Shown: positions 49,887 through 58,664 of the stretch, in pieces | Layout of the letters: each line of letters opens with the position of its first letter | Position numbering within the stretch: position 1 is the first letter of the stretch | IMG/VR virus record: IMGVR_UViG_3300013947_000019 | Location: 1-64,000 of that record | Direction: 5' to 3' (one strand) | Origin: a virus | Taxonomy: Duplodnaviria; Caudoviricetes | Length of the DNA stretch: 64,000 nt | Made by a program: the position numbers and the translations under genes | The notes under the pieces: generated by a model | Databases searched by the model: none | The model's input: the letters and a program-made list of their open reading frames with translations, nothing else | Told to the model about the DNA's origin: nothing

Positions 49887-51101
49887 TTAATCAGTTACAT
49901 ACTTAAGAATATCTTCCTCTTTGATCGTATATGTACCAACTGTCACATTATGCTTTGTTTTCAGTGCAGCATTCAGTGTAGCACCAGACAGAATTGAAAC
50001 AGTCAGACCAATATTGTGTACACCAATATCATATAGACGATCACCCATACATACATTACAGTAATATGGATCTTTTGCATGACAATGAAGAGGTGAACGA
50101 AGTTTACAAACCTTGCCTTTATATTTATCAATTACTTCTGGAGTTAAACAGACAGGTTTACCATTCTCCATAATATATCGATATAAATGCCGGTTTGTAA
50201 TTACTGTCTGAAGAGTATCTGGAGTCTTACAGTCAGAACCTCTTTCCATAAGCTTGACTCTTTGTAAGATTGTATTATACTTCTTACCCATATAACCAGA
50301 GTCCTGTGTAGCAACACCAGAGTTATAAGAAGACGTAACAACAGTATCTGCAATCTTAGGCATATCCTCTTTAGAGATTCCATTATCATATTCAGAAGTC
50401 ACAATCTTATATCCAGTTGGAGATTCTCCAGTATTATCTTTCACTGCACCCTTCATGACAAACATTGTACGATAGTTATTATATGGATCAATTGCACCAG
50501 ACTTGAAGAAAGACAAAGACGGATCATTTCTTTCATTCATCCAATTCATAGCAACTTTTGTAACTTCCTTCTCGATTTTAGAAGATGTCTGAGGATCATT
50601 GGCTTCAATGCCAGCTTTATTCTCAGCAAGTAATTTCTTCTTTAGCGCAGCTGCCTGAGGAGGAAGAGTCATAATATCCGGATTAATAGAAGGATTAATT
50701 AGATGCGCAAGAGGTCCACCGAGTAAGAACTGAAGTCGATCAATATACTCAGCAGCTTGAGCTGGTGTAATATCTTTTTGCATCAATCCATCAGAAATAC
50801 CATCTTCCAATGCTCCCAATTCTTTACTACCAAACGGTTTATTTACATAACCAAAGATCTTTAATGGTTCCAGAATAAACTTATTGAATAGATAGATACC
50901 ACAAGTTGTTGTAGAATTCTCTTTTACAAATGGGGACTGTTCTGGACCAATGATAATCATATCATCTACATGATATTTCGGAGGAGAATCTTTATGCGCT
51001 GCAAACAAATCTGCAAACATTTGTGCAGTAGGATTATGCAAATCACCTAATATTTCAAAGTATGCAGTTTGTAACGGTGTATTACGAATATCACGTGGCA
51101 T
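49887..51101 (-). CDS. Split multisubunit RNA polymerase, beta' C-terminal fragment (probably virion RNAP)
   Basis: TQDSGYMGKK (bridge helix), SDCKT, LRSPLHC...CNVCMG (Zn site) and NIGL...LNAALKTKH (trigger loop). Confidence 0.85.
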   Translation of the reverse strand: MPRDIRNTPLQTAYFEILGDLHNPTAQMFADLFAAHKDSPPKYHVDDMIIIGPEQSPFVKENSTTTCGIYLFNKFILEPLKIFGYVNKPFGSKELGALEDGISDGLMQKDITPAQAAEYIDRLQFLLGGPLAHLINPSINPDIMTLPPQAAALKKKLLAENKAGIEANDPQTSSKIEKEVTKVAMNWMNERNDPSLSFFKSGAIDPYNNYRTMFVMKGAVKDNTGESPTGYKIVTSEYDNGISKEDMPKIADTVVTSSYNSGVATQDSGYMGKKYNTILQRVKLMERGSDCKTPDTLQTVITNRHLYRYIMENGKPVCLTPEVIDKYKGKVCKLRSPLHCHAKDPYYCNVCMGDRLYDIGVHNIGLTVSILSGATLNAALKTKHNVTVGTYTIKEEDILKYVTD

Positions 51102-51116
51102 AGTGATTCACCCGCC

Positions 51117-51974
51117 TTACTGAATAAACAGTCGATAGATGAAAGTAATCGTAGATTCAGAATCTTTCAGTTCTTGATTCTCCATATTAAACGTAGTCAT
51201 ACCACGCACATTGAAATACTCTTCATTACCATCCTTATCCGGAAGGGGATAACCAGTAATCAAACCAACAGAGTTAATCAGAGAACGGAGAGTAGAACCC
51301 TCTGTATACTTAAAATACTCACGGATATCACGCTGATCAATCACAGCACGATATTTGGTAAAGACCTTAATGAACTTATCAGGAACCTGAGTGTTGACAT
51401 CAACGGGAACGACAGTACCATCTTCAAACATGACACCAATTTCCGGCTCAATATCAAACTTCTTACCATAGTAATAAGCATACTCACCTTTAACTACCCG
51501 GAGGAAGTACTTCTCTCTATCGGTAGCAGAAAGGTCATTCTCTACAGGGACAACGCGGAAAGGAACAGGACCTGGAACAGATAGTGCAGCACGGTTTACC
51601 TTATATACGGTATTATACGTATCACCAGCTCCGCCGTCACCTACCATGATACCACCAATCTTTTCATAACCAATCGTCTTAGTAGAAACCTCAACTTGAT
51701 CAGCAGTATGAACACCAAGACTGATATCCAATGGAGTGGTCTTAAAAGTAGATCTCATATTATTGGCTTTCTCAGACAGGAACACAGCACCTGTCACAAG
51801 TAGATCATTGTGATCGTGGAGCGTACGAGTAAAGACAACTTTACCATTCTTCTTAGATTCATAAATAACCTGGACATCACCGATAATCTTAGAACCGGCT
51901 TGACCATCATACTCTACATTATTGATAGTGAGAGAATCCCTCACATTTGCGCAGTCATTACCCTTTAATAACAT
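51117..51974 (-). CDS. Probable baseplate/tail-collar protein
   Basis: N.L.VTG...VGDGG...INSVGL pattern; follows a baseplate-like gene under a late-like promoter. Confidence 0.5.
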   Translation of the reverse strand: MLLKGNDCANVRDSLTINNVEYDGQAGSKIIGDVQVIYESKKNGKVVFTRTLHDHNDLLVTGAVFLSEKANNMRSTFKTTPLDISLGVHTADQVEVSTKTIGYEKIGGIMVGDGGAGDTYNTVYKVNRAALSVPGPVPFRVVPVENDLSATDREKYFLRVVKGEYAYYYGKKFDIEPEIGVMFEDGTVVPVDVNTQVPDKFIKVFTKYRAVIDQRDIREYFKYTEGSTLRSLINSVGLITGYPLPDKDGNEEYFNVRGMTTFNMENQELKDSESTITFIYRLFIQ

Positions 51975-51991
51975 CGCTCAGCTACCTCCTT

Positions 51992-54187
51992 TTAAGTATT
52001 ATAGTAAGCCTTATCTAAGCCATAAACTGTATCGTCTACAGTAATTGTTTTATGAACTGCTACATCATCCGTTACATATACCGTATCATTGATATAGGAT
52101 GTCAAATGCTTTTCTTTCTGGTCAATTACACGAATTGGATCATGATCACCTAAGCGGAAAAAGACATTGATTGTATCCAATTGCACAGAAGATGCTTTGA
52201 ACACATTGATAGCCATTTTTAGATATTTCTCAATCAATGCACCATATGCACTTGGAGTATTTAAGAATAGATACTTCAGTTCATCACTATTAAATAAATC
52301 TTCTAACTTCTCAAGGATATAGATAATCATTTTATCCAAATCATTGGCATGATCCTTCATATCAATACTATCAAGTTTGGAACAAATGACAGGATCCAAA
52401 TCCTCCAGCATTTCATGATATGTATGAGCTTCAGTACCATCCATCTTTCTGAAGTCCTGCTTTTCCATCCAAGATGTATACATACATTTCTTAGCATTCG
52501 ATAATGCAATATACCGACGGATATCTGTAGTAACTTCCATCTCTTTACAAATAGCATCATACAGATTACGATTATAAACATATACATCAATCATCTGTTG
52601 ATCTTTTGCTTGACCAACTGGAAATTGTAATGCAGGAGGAGAATCATAATCTGGAATCAAGGTAATTCCATCATCAACATCTACTAATTTCTCATAAGAG
52701 TTGGCAATGGATCTAATTTCATCCATAATATCAGAACTATTAAATCGAAGAATCTCTTCAATATGATCAGGTTCATAGACAATATTACCATCAAAACCAG
52801 ATCTCTTAGCTAATGCTGCTAATAAGAATACAATCATTGTATATGCCTCTGATTTACCTGCAGCTGCATACATATTTGTACAATATATCTTAAACATATT
52901 TTCTCTAGAATGAAGTAGTAAGTTCAAGAAATAACATACTTCAAAGGTAAGTGCAGTTAAATCATATGTGGCCTCTACATCAATGTATTTTGTCATCATC
53001 AGATTAAAATCTTCTTGCAGAAGATCTTTTCTTTCTTCTTCTGTCAACTGCCAAAGATAATCATTGTTGACAACCGTTTCATATGGTGTAATATCCTCTG
53101 GCTGATAACTAATCTCGTGATCTTCAATAGGAGCTTTTACAAAATGTAAATCGTTATCTTGATCAGGATCTCCTGTGAAGATAATATTACCATCATTATC
53201 CTTTGGTTGCGTTTTCATCAAGAAGTATCTCTTTGCATCAAAGTTCTCCATAGAGAAAATCTTACAAAGATCGACTAATACACCATCGGTACCTTTTACC
53301 ATAAGAATATTATCAAGTGCTAGTACTAGGCGTCTCTTAAACGTAAATGGAAAGTTTTCAAAATATTTCTTTAAACCATATGATTCAAGAATTGCATCTA
53401 ATACTTCCTCAAAATTCAGATAAGCAGCTTCATCAGGAACCAATAGATTTCTAATAGCTAATGTAATCATTAATGTACCAATAATGGGATCATATAAAGT
53501 CTTATTGGTAAACATGTCACGATTATATACCGTTGCCATCAGATATCGTCTGGCTCCATAATATTCCTTCTCGAACATAGATTGAACCATACTATTAGAT
53601 GGAACACCAATACGAAGGATTTCAAAAGGCTTAGCCAGTCGAGCATCGATAATATCAATCTTATTGATACCTAAATATTGAAGATATTCTTTATCAGGAT
53701 TCTCTTCAATTAGTTTATCAATTGTACCTCTTGTTTGGAGATATGCAATTTGCTCAACGGAAAGCTCATGAATGGGAACATCGGCTGGGATACGAGTATC
53801 ATCAGTAATATAGATCCAAAAATGATCATTCATAGGAGGCTGACCATTTAACATCCGATAATACTCATTCTTCTCTACATAGTTCTCTACTACTCGTTTA
53901 GATTGTTCATCTACAATAACAGATCGAAGAGCTTGAGGAATATTATTAGGATCTCGGTAACAATCAGTCACTTCTTGTGGACTCATATATTTTTCAAGAA
54001 TATCAATATCAAATTCTCTAAAGTCATAAAAATACCTGCTTCCAGTTAAGCAGGCATAGTATAACTCAAAAGCTCTGATACTATCAATATCCTCAGCAGC
54101 TTGTGCTAAGTCCTGACGTTTGACAACTAAGTTATCCAACATCATCAAAGTATCTTTATAGAGTGACTTAAGGAACTCATATGTCAT
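51992..54187 (-). CDS. Probable baseplate protein, 731 aa
   Basis: LMVKGT..VL..LC.IF resembles the P2 gpI-type KGT motif; late-like promoter at 54236-54249. Confidence 0.5.
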   Translation of the reverse strand: MTYEFLKSLYKDTLMMLDNLVVKRQDLAQAAEDIDSIRAFELYYACLTGSRYFYDFREFDIDILEKYMSPQEVTDCYRDPNNIPQALRSVIVDEQSKRVVENYVEKNEYYRMLNGQPPMNDHFWIYITDDTRIPADVPIHELSVEQIAYLQTRGTIDKLIEENPDKEYLQYLGINKIDIIDARLAKPFEILRIGVPSNSMVQSMFEKEYYGARRYLMATVYNRDMFTNKTLYDPIIGTLMITLAIRNLLVPDEAAYLNFEEVLDAILESYGLKKYFENFPFTFKRRLVLALDNILMVKGTDGVLVDLCKIFSMENFDAKRYFLMKTQPKDNDGNIIFTGDPDQDNDLHFVKAPIEDHEISYQPEDITPYETVVNNDYLWQLTEEERKDLLQEDFNLMMTKYIDVEATYDLTALTFEVCYFLNLLLHSRENMFKIYCTNMYAAAGKSEAYTMIVFLLAALAKRSGFDGNIVYEPDHIEEILRFNSSDIMDEIRSIANSYEKLVDVDDGITLIPDYDSPPALQFPVGQAKDQQMIDVYVYNRNLYDAICKEMEVTTDIRRYIALSNAKKCMYTSWMEKQDFRKMDGTEAHTYHEMLEDLDPVICSKLDSIDMKDHANDLDKMIIYILEKLEDLFNSDELKYLFLNTPSAYGALIEKYLKMAINVFKASSVQLDTINVFFRLGDHDPIRVIDQKEKHLTSYINDTVYVTDDVAVHKTITVDDTVYGLDKAYYNT

Positions 54188-54264
54188 GTGATGTTTCCAC
54201 CACCTTTCTATAAGAGAATTATCACAATGTCTTACTTTATACTGTTGTTCCGGGGTGTATCGAT

Positions 54265-54485
54265 TAAAAGATGAGAATCAGGCCTGGGACCAACCCAGAC
54301 CTGATCTCAAAGAAAGGAGTAACCAATGTAAACCATGCCTAACCCGCCAGCAAGTTTACCGCATCTTTGATGTAGTCTACCCCGCAGAAGACTACATCCC
54401 TACTAAAAAAGGAGGTGTAGGAAAAATGAACAAAAGAGGAGCAAGAGTATCGAGCAGGTATCGTTTTAAGCGTAGAACGTACCTA
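54265..54485 (-). ncRNA. Putative ~220-nt sRNA with three anti-SD motifs, its own promoter and terminator
   Basis: AACA-ATAT-TATAGG at 54482-54495; five hairpins; terminal hairpin with G.U pair and U tract on the minus strand. Confidence 0.6.
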
Positions 54486-54534
54486 TAATATTGTTATATA
54501 ATTATTTCTATAATAGTTAAAAGGAGGATCTATT

Positions 54535-55167
54535 ATGGGAAAAAAGAAAGAGTCACTCTATGTATGGGGACGTGGTAGACACGAAGATGAAAAATTAGCA
54601 TTCGGAGCAGATCCTGACATTATTCTTCATGACTATGATCTATATACTAAATTCGTAAAAGGTATTGAACATGCTGTGCGAAAAGATGATCGATATACCA
54701 AATATGTGGGAAAGATTCGTATGTCTGGTTTCAATCATTGTGCAGTACTTGGTCATGCTGCAGATAATATGGATAAAGTTGAACTTGAAATGCATCATGG
54801 TCCTATCTTTAACTTATTTGATATTTGTGATATCGTCTTAAAACATTGCTTAAATAAAGGTGATATAGATAACCTGACTACATTTGATGTAGCAGATATC
54901 GTACTTACTGAGCATGAAAAAGATCATATTCAAGTAGTTATGCTGACACAAACTGCTCATAAAGCTGCTCATAAATCTAATATGTTTATTGATACCAGAG
55001 CTAGTGTTGGCAGACTTGATAAATTCATTGATAAATTCTATGATGGGATGGAAGATGATCATTGGGATAAAATTAGTAGATACTTGGATAGATGTAAGAA
55101 ATATGGCGGAACTTTGGATAAAGGTTTATTTGATACTGTTGAAAAGCTGACTGAATATAAAAAATAA
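54535..55167 (+). CDS. HNH-fold protein
   Basis: C....ELEMHHGP...MLTQTAHKAAH; paralogous to 63209-63982. Confidence 0.6.
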   Translation: MGKKKESLYVWGRGRHEDEKLAFGADPDIILHDYDLYTKFVKGIEHAVRKDDRYTKYVGKIRMSGFNHCAVLGHAADNMDKVELEMHHGPIFNLFDICDIVLKHCLNKGDIDNLTTFDVADIVLTEHEKDHIQVVMLTQTAHKAAHKSNMFIDTRASVGRLDKFIDKFYDGMEDDHWDKISRYLDRCKKYGGTLDKGLFDTVEKLTEYKK

Positions 55168-55204
55168 AAGATCCCCGGGAGTTACCCCGGGGATCCTTCT
55201 TTTT
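55166..55204. terminator. Bidirectional terminator
   Basis: GATCCCCGGG-agtta-CCCCGGGGATC inverted repeat with A/T tracts. Confidence 0.8.
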
Positions 55205-55416
55205 CATGAAACCAATGTAATTATCTTCATGATAAATACAATACTCATTGCAGTACTGCATATCATAATAAATAACTCGCCACAGATATACAATACCTTA
55301 AGCTCTTTATCGATATTACTGTTTGTAATATCTTTGCTCATGCACCATCCTGCATGAATTATTGCAAATACTAATAATACAATAGCAAGAATGTATAGTA
55401 TCATTGGAATAATCAT
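55204..55416 (-). CDS. Small membrane protein
   Basis: Two TM segments. Confidence 0.6.
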   Translation of the reverse strand: MIIPMILYILAIVLLVFAIIHAGWCMSKDITNSNIDKELKVLYICGELFIMICSTAMSIVFIMKIITLVS

Positions 55417-55914
55417 TTATTCTTCCTCATTATATTCTCTTGGATGAATGGTATCAATCAGTTTGCTCAGTGTTCCAGTCTGGGACATAAGGTTATATCT
55501 TAATTCACACCACCGATAGATATAGTCTTTTCCATAGAAGAAATTAATAGAATCTTCTGTGGTCTTTCCGACATAAGTGATTAAACTTTTTATAGCATAT
55601 GCATATACAGTCTCACCATTAATCGGATCTTTCGGGGTGTAATGTCCAGCAATGGACAACTTCAAGCAACTTGTAAAGATTTCATCCAACCATTTATCTA
55701 GTTCTTCTGGTTTCATTGTACCAATCTTATTATATTCCATCTGCACAGATGTCATAACAGATTTCCTATAATTATCGATTTCCTGATACTTCTTTTTATT
55801 AATAATAATAAGTCGAACTAGATAGTATCCAAGGAAACCGACAAAGATACTAATAATCCAAAACTGAAGAGTTGCTCCAACAGTGAATACTTGTGCAATA
55901 GCAGTCCAATCCAT
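55417..55914 (-). CDS. Membrane-anchored hypothetical protein
   Basis: N-terminal TM segment; GAGGAGG RBS. Confidence 0.7.
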   Translation of the reverse strand: MDWTAIAQVFTVGATLQFWIISIFVGFLGYYLVRLIIINKKKYQEIDNYRKSVMTSVQMEYNKIGTMKPEELDKWLDEIFTSCLKLSIAGHYTPKDPINGETVYAYAIKSLITYVGKTTEDSINFFYGKDYIYRWCELRYNLMSQTGTLSKLIDTIHPREYNEEE

Positions 55915-55917
55915 AAA

Positions 55918-56154
55918 TCAATCCTCCTCATCATATAGTGCAGATGAGTTAGCATTGATTGTAATTGTTGCTCCACACATGGGGCATATTACTGAAGTAA
56001 AGATAGATCTGTATTCACTATCATGTTCGAATGAATATTCCCGAGGAAGACGTTTTACTTCCTTATATAGAATTTCATGTTCACAAATATCACAGACAAC
56101 ATTTCCATCATCAGTGAAATCATTATAGATGATTTCTTTCTCTTTTACTTTCAT
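55918..56154 (-). CDS. Zn-ribbon protein
   Basis: CDIC...CPMC. Confidence 0.65.
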   Translation of the reverse strand: MKVKEKEIIYNDFTDDGNVVCDICEHEILYKEVKRLPREYSFEHDSEYRSIFTSVICPMCGATITINANSSALYDEED

Positions 56155-56165
56155 CTTACTCTCCT

Positions 56166-57014
56166 CTACATAAACATCCGGATGATTGGTAATATAAATC
56201 TAGTATAATTATATACTGGATTAATGATATCCATATCTTTCTCGCCTATCTCTAATAGGTTATATTCAAATCCAGCTATTTCATATACAGTTCGATAAAT
56301 ATTTTCTCCATTCAATTCTTTATAATAATAGTGAGGAAGATTTTTAGCTTTATAATCTCTCACAAATTGAATTAAGAACTGACGAAGTTCATCTCTCTGA
56401 TCCATAGATAAATACTTGAATACTTGTAGGAAGAATTGAATCATTCCTTTCTGATGATCTGGATCTTCTACTACCTCATCACGAATGCCTTTAATAGTAA
56501 TAGATTTATTTCTTTTATCATAATAGAATTCGATCTTATCGATATTCAGATATCCCATATAAGTATGCTTGGGTCTGAATTCAAAGGGACCGAATTTCGT
56601 ATATTTTAACTTTCTACCAATAATGAACACTGCATCATTTTTGATAGCAAGTACATCTTTGTCTTGAATATGATTTATTCGGAATAACTTTTCTTTAGCA
56701 GATTGAATACCATCAGATATTGCTTTATATATAGTATTCTTTTTGGACTGCTTTTCCCGACGAATCATTTTACCAATCGCTTCTTCTCGCGCTTGCTTAT
56801 TCAATCCCTCTAGCATAGTTAAAATTTTAGGATCAATAAGTTTAGATGCTCGTAAGGCAGATGTATTAGCAGAACGAATATCATACTCATAGATATGATC
56901 CACTACATACTGTACATCTGCAGTATAGTTGACTTTCTTATACAACTCAGAATAAGTTCTTTTGAGCTCTATAAAACCTTCAGAATTGCGAACCATATCT
57001 TCCATGAATATCAT
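56166..57014 (-). CDS. Small family-B DNA polymerase palm-like protein
   Basis: IYEYDIRSAN resembles motif A (DxxS) and LAIKNDAVF resembles motif C (xxDTDS); followed by IKGI. Confidence 0.45.
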   Translation of the reverse strand: MIFMEDMVRNSEGFIELKRTYSELYKKVNYTADVQYVVDHIYEYDIRSANTSALRASKLIDPKILTMLEGLNKQAREEAIGKMIRREKQSKKNTIYKAISDGIQSAKEKLFRINHIQDKDVLAIKNDAVFIIGRKLKYTKFGPFEFRPKHTYMGYLNIDKIEFYYDKRNKSITIKGIRDEVVEDPDHQKGMIQFFLQVFKYLSMDQRDELRQFLIQFVRDYKAKNLPHYYYKELNGENIYRTVYEIAGFEYNLLEIGEKDMDIINPVYNYTRFILPIIRMFM

Positions 57015-57045
57015 ACACCTCCTTACTATGAAAAATCATTTTATG

Positions 57046-57081
57046 AAAGAGAGGGGAGGGGACATCATCCCCTCCCTTTTT
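57046..57081 (-). terminator. Intrinsic terminator
   Basis: GGGAGGGGA-tgatg-TCCCCTCCC then CTCTCTTTC on the minus strand. Confidence 0.65.
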
Positions 57082-57082
57082 A

Positions 57083-57440
57083 CTCTCCCGATCAACCTAA
57101 TCATTTCCGGTAATGGCTATAATCAGACAGGGGCCCGAAATTCACTCTATGGAAGCGAGACCTCATTACACATCCGACCGTCACACCAAGGTTATTAGTT
57201 TTGGCGTGCACTCCTATGCACACTTTCGCTAATACACCTAAATGCTAATAGGTAATAGGAGTTACCTGAATAGCAAAGTAGCCTTACCGATAGTATCGAT
57301 TAAGCAGATCTATATAATAGACCTGGACGAGCCGATCTCGACCAGATCACAACAAGAGAAACCGAAACGGGTCCACGAATTGGAATCACCAGAGACTACC
57401 TGTTTATCAGGATTGGGTGAATATGCACCGTTTCGATAAC
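57083..57440 (-). ncRNA. Putative ~360-nt highly structured RNA with complementary (kissing) loops
   Basis: Gap with no credible CDS, GC-richer than its flanks. Nested long-range helices with minus-strand G.U pairs; loops CUCCUA and UAGGAG. Confidence 0.6.
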
Positions 57441-57465
57441 TCATGTTGCCTGGAATGATATGAAC

Positions 57466-58605
57466 TTACTTGGACTCCTCAGTGGTCTTCAGAGCCTTTG
57501 CCGCAGCAATGAAAGCCTTGGAGAAAGTATCCTCATAGTTCATATAGCCGATCATGGTAGTCATGATCTTGTTATACTCCTTGGAACCGATAGTCACATC
57601 GCACAGAACGGCACTGGTGTGAGCATAGATCATGGGGATGAAGTCAAAGTTCTTCTTCTTGGAGAAGTACTTCACAAACTTCTTCACCTTCATCTTGGGA
57701 GCCTTGCCCTTCTTATCATAACCGTTCTTCACGGTGGGCAGCTTCATATCAGTACCCATAGCAGTATTCAGGATCTCGGTGAAGGTATCATAAGCAGCCA
57801 CTGCCACCTTGTTCTTCTCCTTCAGAGAACCGCAGACCTTCTTCATCTGCTTCTTCTTCAGACCCTCAGTGATAGCGAAGTTGTCATTGGTATAAGCATC
57901 CAGCAGGTTCTTCAGCATGATGTGACGCTCATCCTTACGGATATGCAGCTCGCCTTCCTGCTGGGCAATATTGAACAGAGCAGCCTGACGCAGCTCGATA
58001 GCGAAGAAACCAAACAGGCGCTTCTTCAGCTTCATGCCCTTGCCGGAAACACGGACCTTATCATTAGCACGAATGAAGTCGGCAACACGACGAGCAACCT
58101 TCTTGCTCTTACCCTTACCGAACAGCTTCTTCAGAACCTTGGTATCAGTCACGATCTCGATACCGAAAGCATCAAACAGAGCAGCCAGATACTTGGTCAG
58201 GAACTTATTCTTCTTCTTAGTGATCTCATCAGTGGGATCATCCAGGACGATCACGATGATGTTAGGACCGTGCTTCTTGATGTTCTTGATCTCACGCTTG
58301 GTCAGCTTACGATCGGAGCTGATGATATTCACCAGCTGAGCCATCTCGATGCACAGGCCGTTGTTCTCCATGGAAGGAACCATCAGAGCCTTGCAGGCAC
58401 TCTTGATGACCTTCTTCTCCTTCAGGCTGCCATCCAGAACACCATTGATCTCGTCCTCATCGGGCAGAATGTTCAGCTTGGTCAGACTGACCTGCAGTTC
58501 AGCATCATCGATACCCTTGGTCTTACCTGCGGTAAATGCCGCAATATTCGTATCATACTTTGCAAAGATAGTCTTTGCCTTGGATGCGGTAGTTACGATA
58601 ATCAT
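57466..58605 (-). CDS. Very basic hypothetical protein, 379 aa, likely highly expressed
   Basis: AAAGGAG RBS; Lys-rich; strong AAG/CTG/ATC codon bias. Confidence 0.8.
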   Translation of the reverse strand: MIIVTTASKAKTIFAKYDTNIAAFTAGKTKGIDDAELQVSLTKLNILPDEDEINGVLDGSLKEKKVIKSACKALMVPSMENNGLCIEMAQLVNIISSDRKLTKREIKNIKKHGPNIIVIVLDDPTDEITKKKNKFLTKYLAALFDAFGIEIVTDTKVLKKLFGKGKSKKVARRVADFIRANDKVRVSGKGMKLKKRLFGFFAIELRQAALFNIAQQEGELHIRKDERHIMLKNLLDAYTNDNFAITEGLKKKQMKKVCGSLKEKNKVAVAAYDTFTEILNTAMGTDMKLPTVKNGYDKKGKAPKMKVKKFVKYFSKKKNFDFIPMIYAHTSAVLCDVTIGSKEYNKIMTTMIGYMNYEDTFSKAFIAAAKALKTTEESK

Positions 58606-58664
58606 AATAGTATCTCCTTTTCTTTGATTATAATATAGTCTGTAGAATTTTCTTTTTCTACAAA

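Noticed and set aside
54255-54488. 77-aa + strand ORF in the track
   Set aside because: GTG start without an RBS, and it runs through strong hairpins. A minus-strand promoter and terminator explain the region better.
56895-57439. Short + strand ORFs across the 57-kb gap
   Set aside because: No RBS; they cross a terminator or the structured RNA; no protein-like features.
57460-58638. 392-aa + strand ORF, and similar antisense ORFs at 8185-9054, 15898-16512 and 58689-59219
   Set aside because: Antisense shadows of codon-biased minus-strand genes that have proper RBSs.
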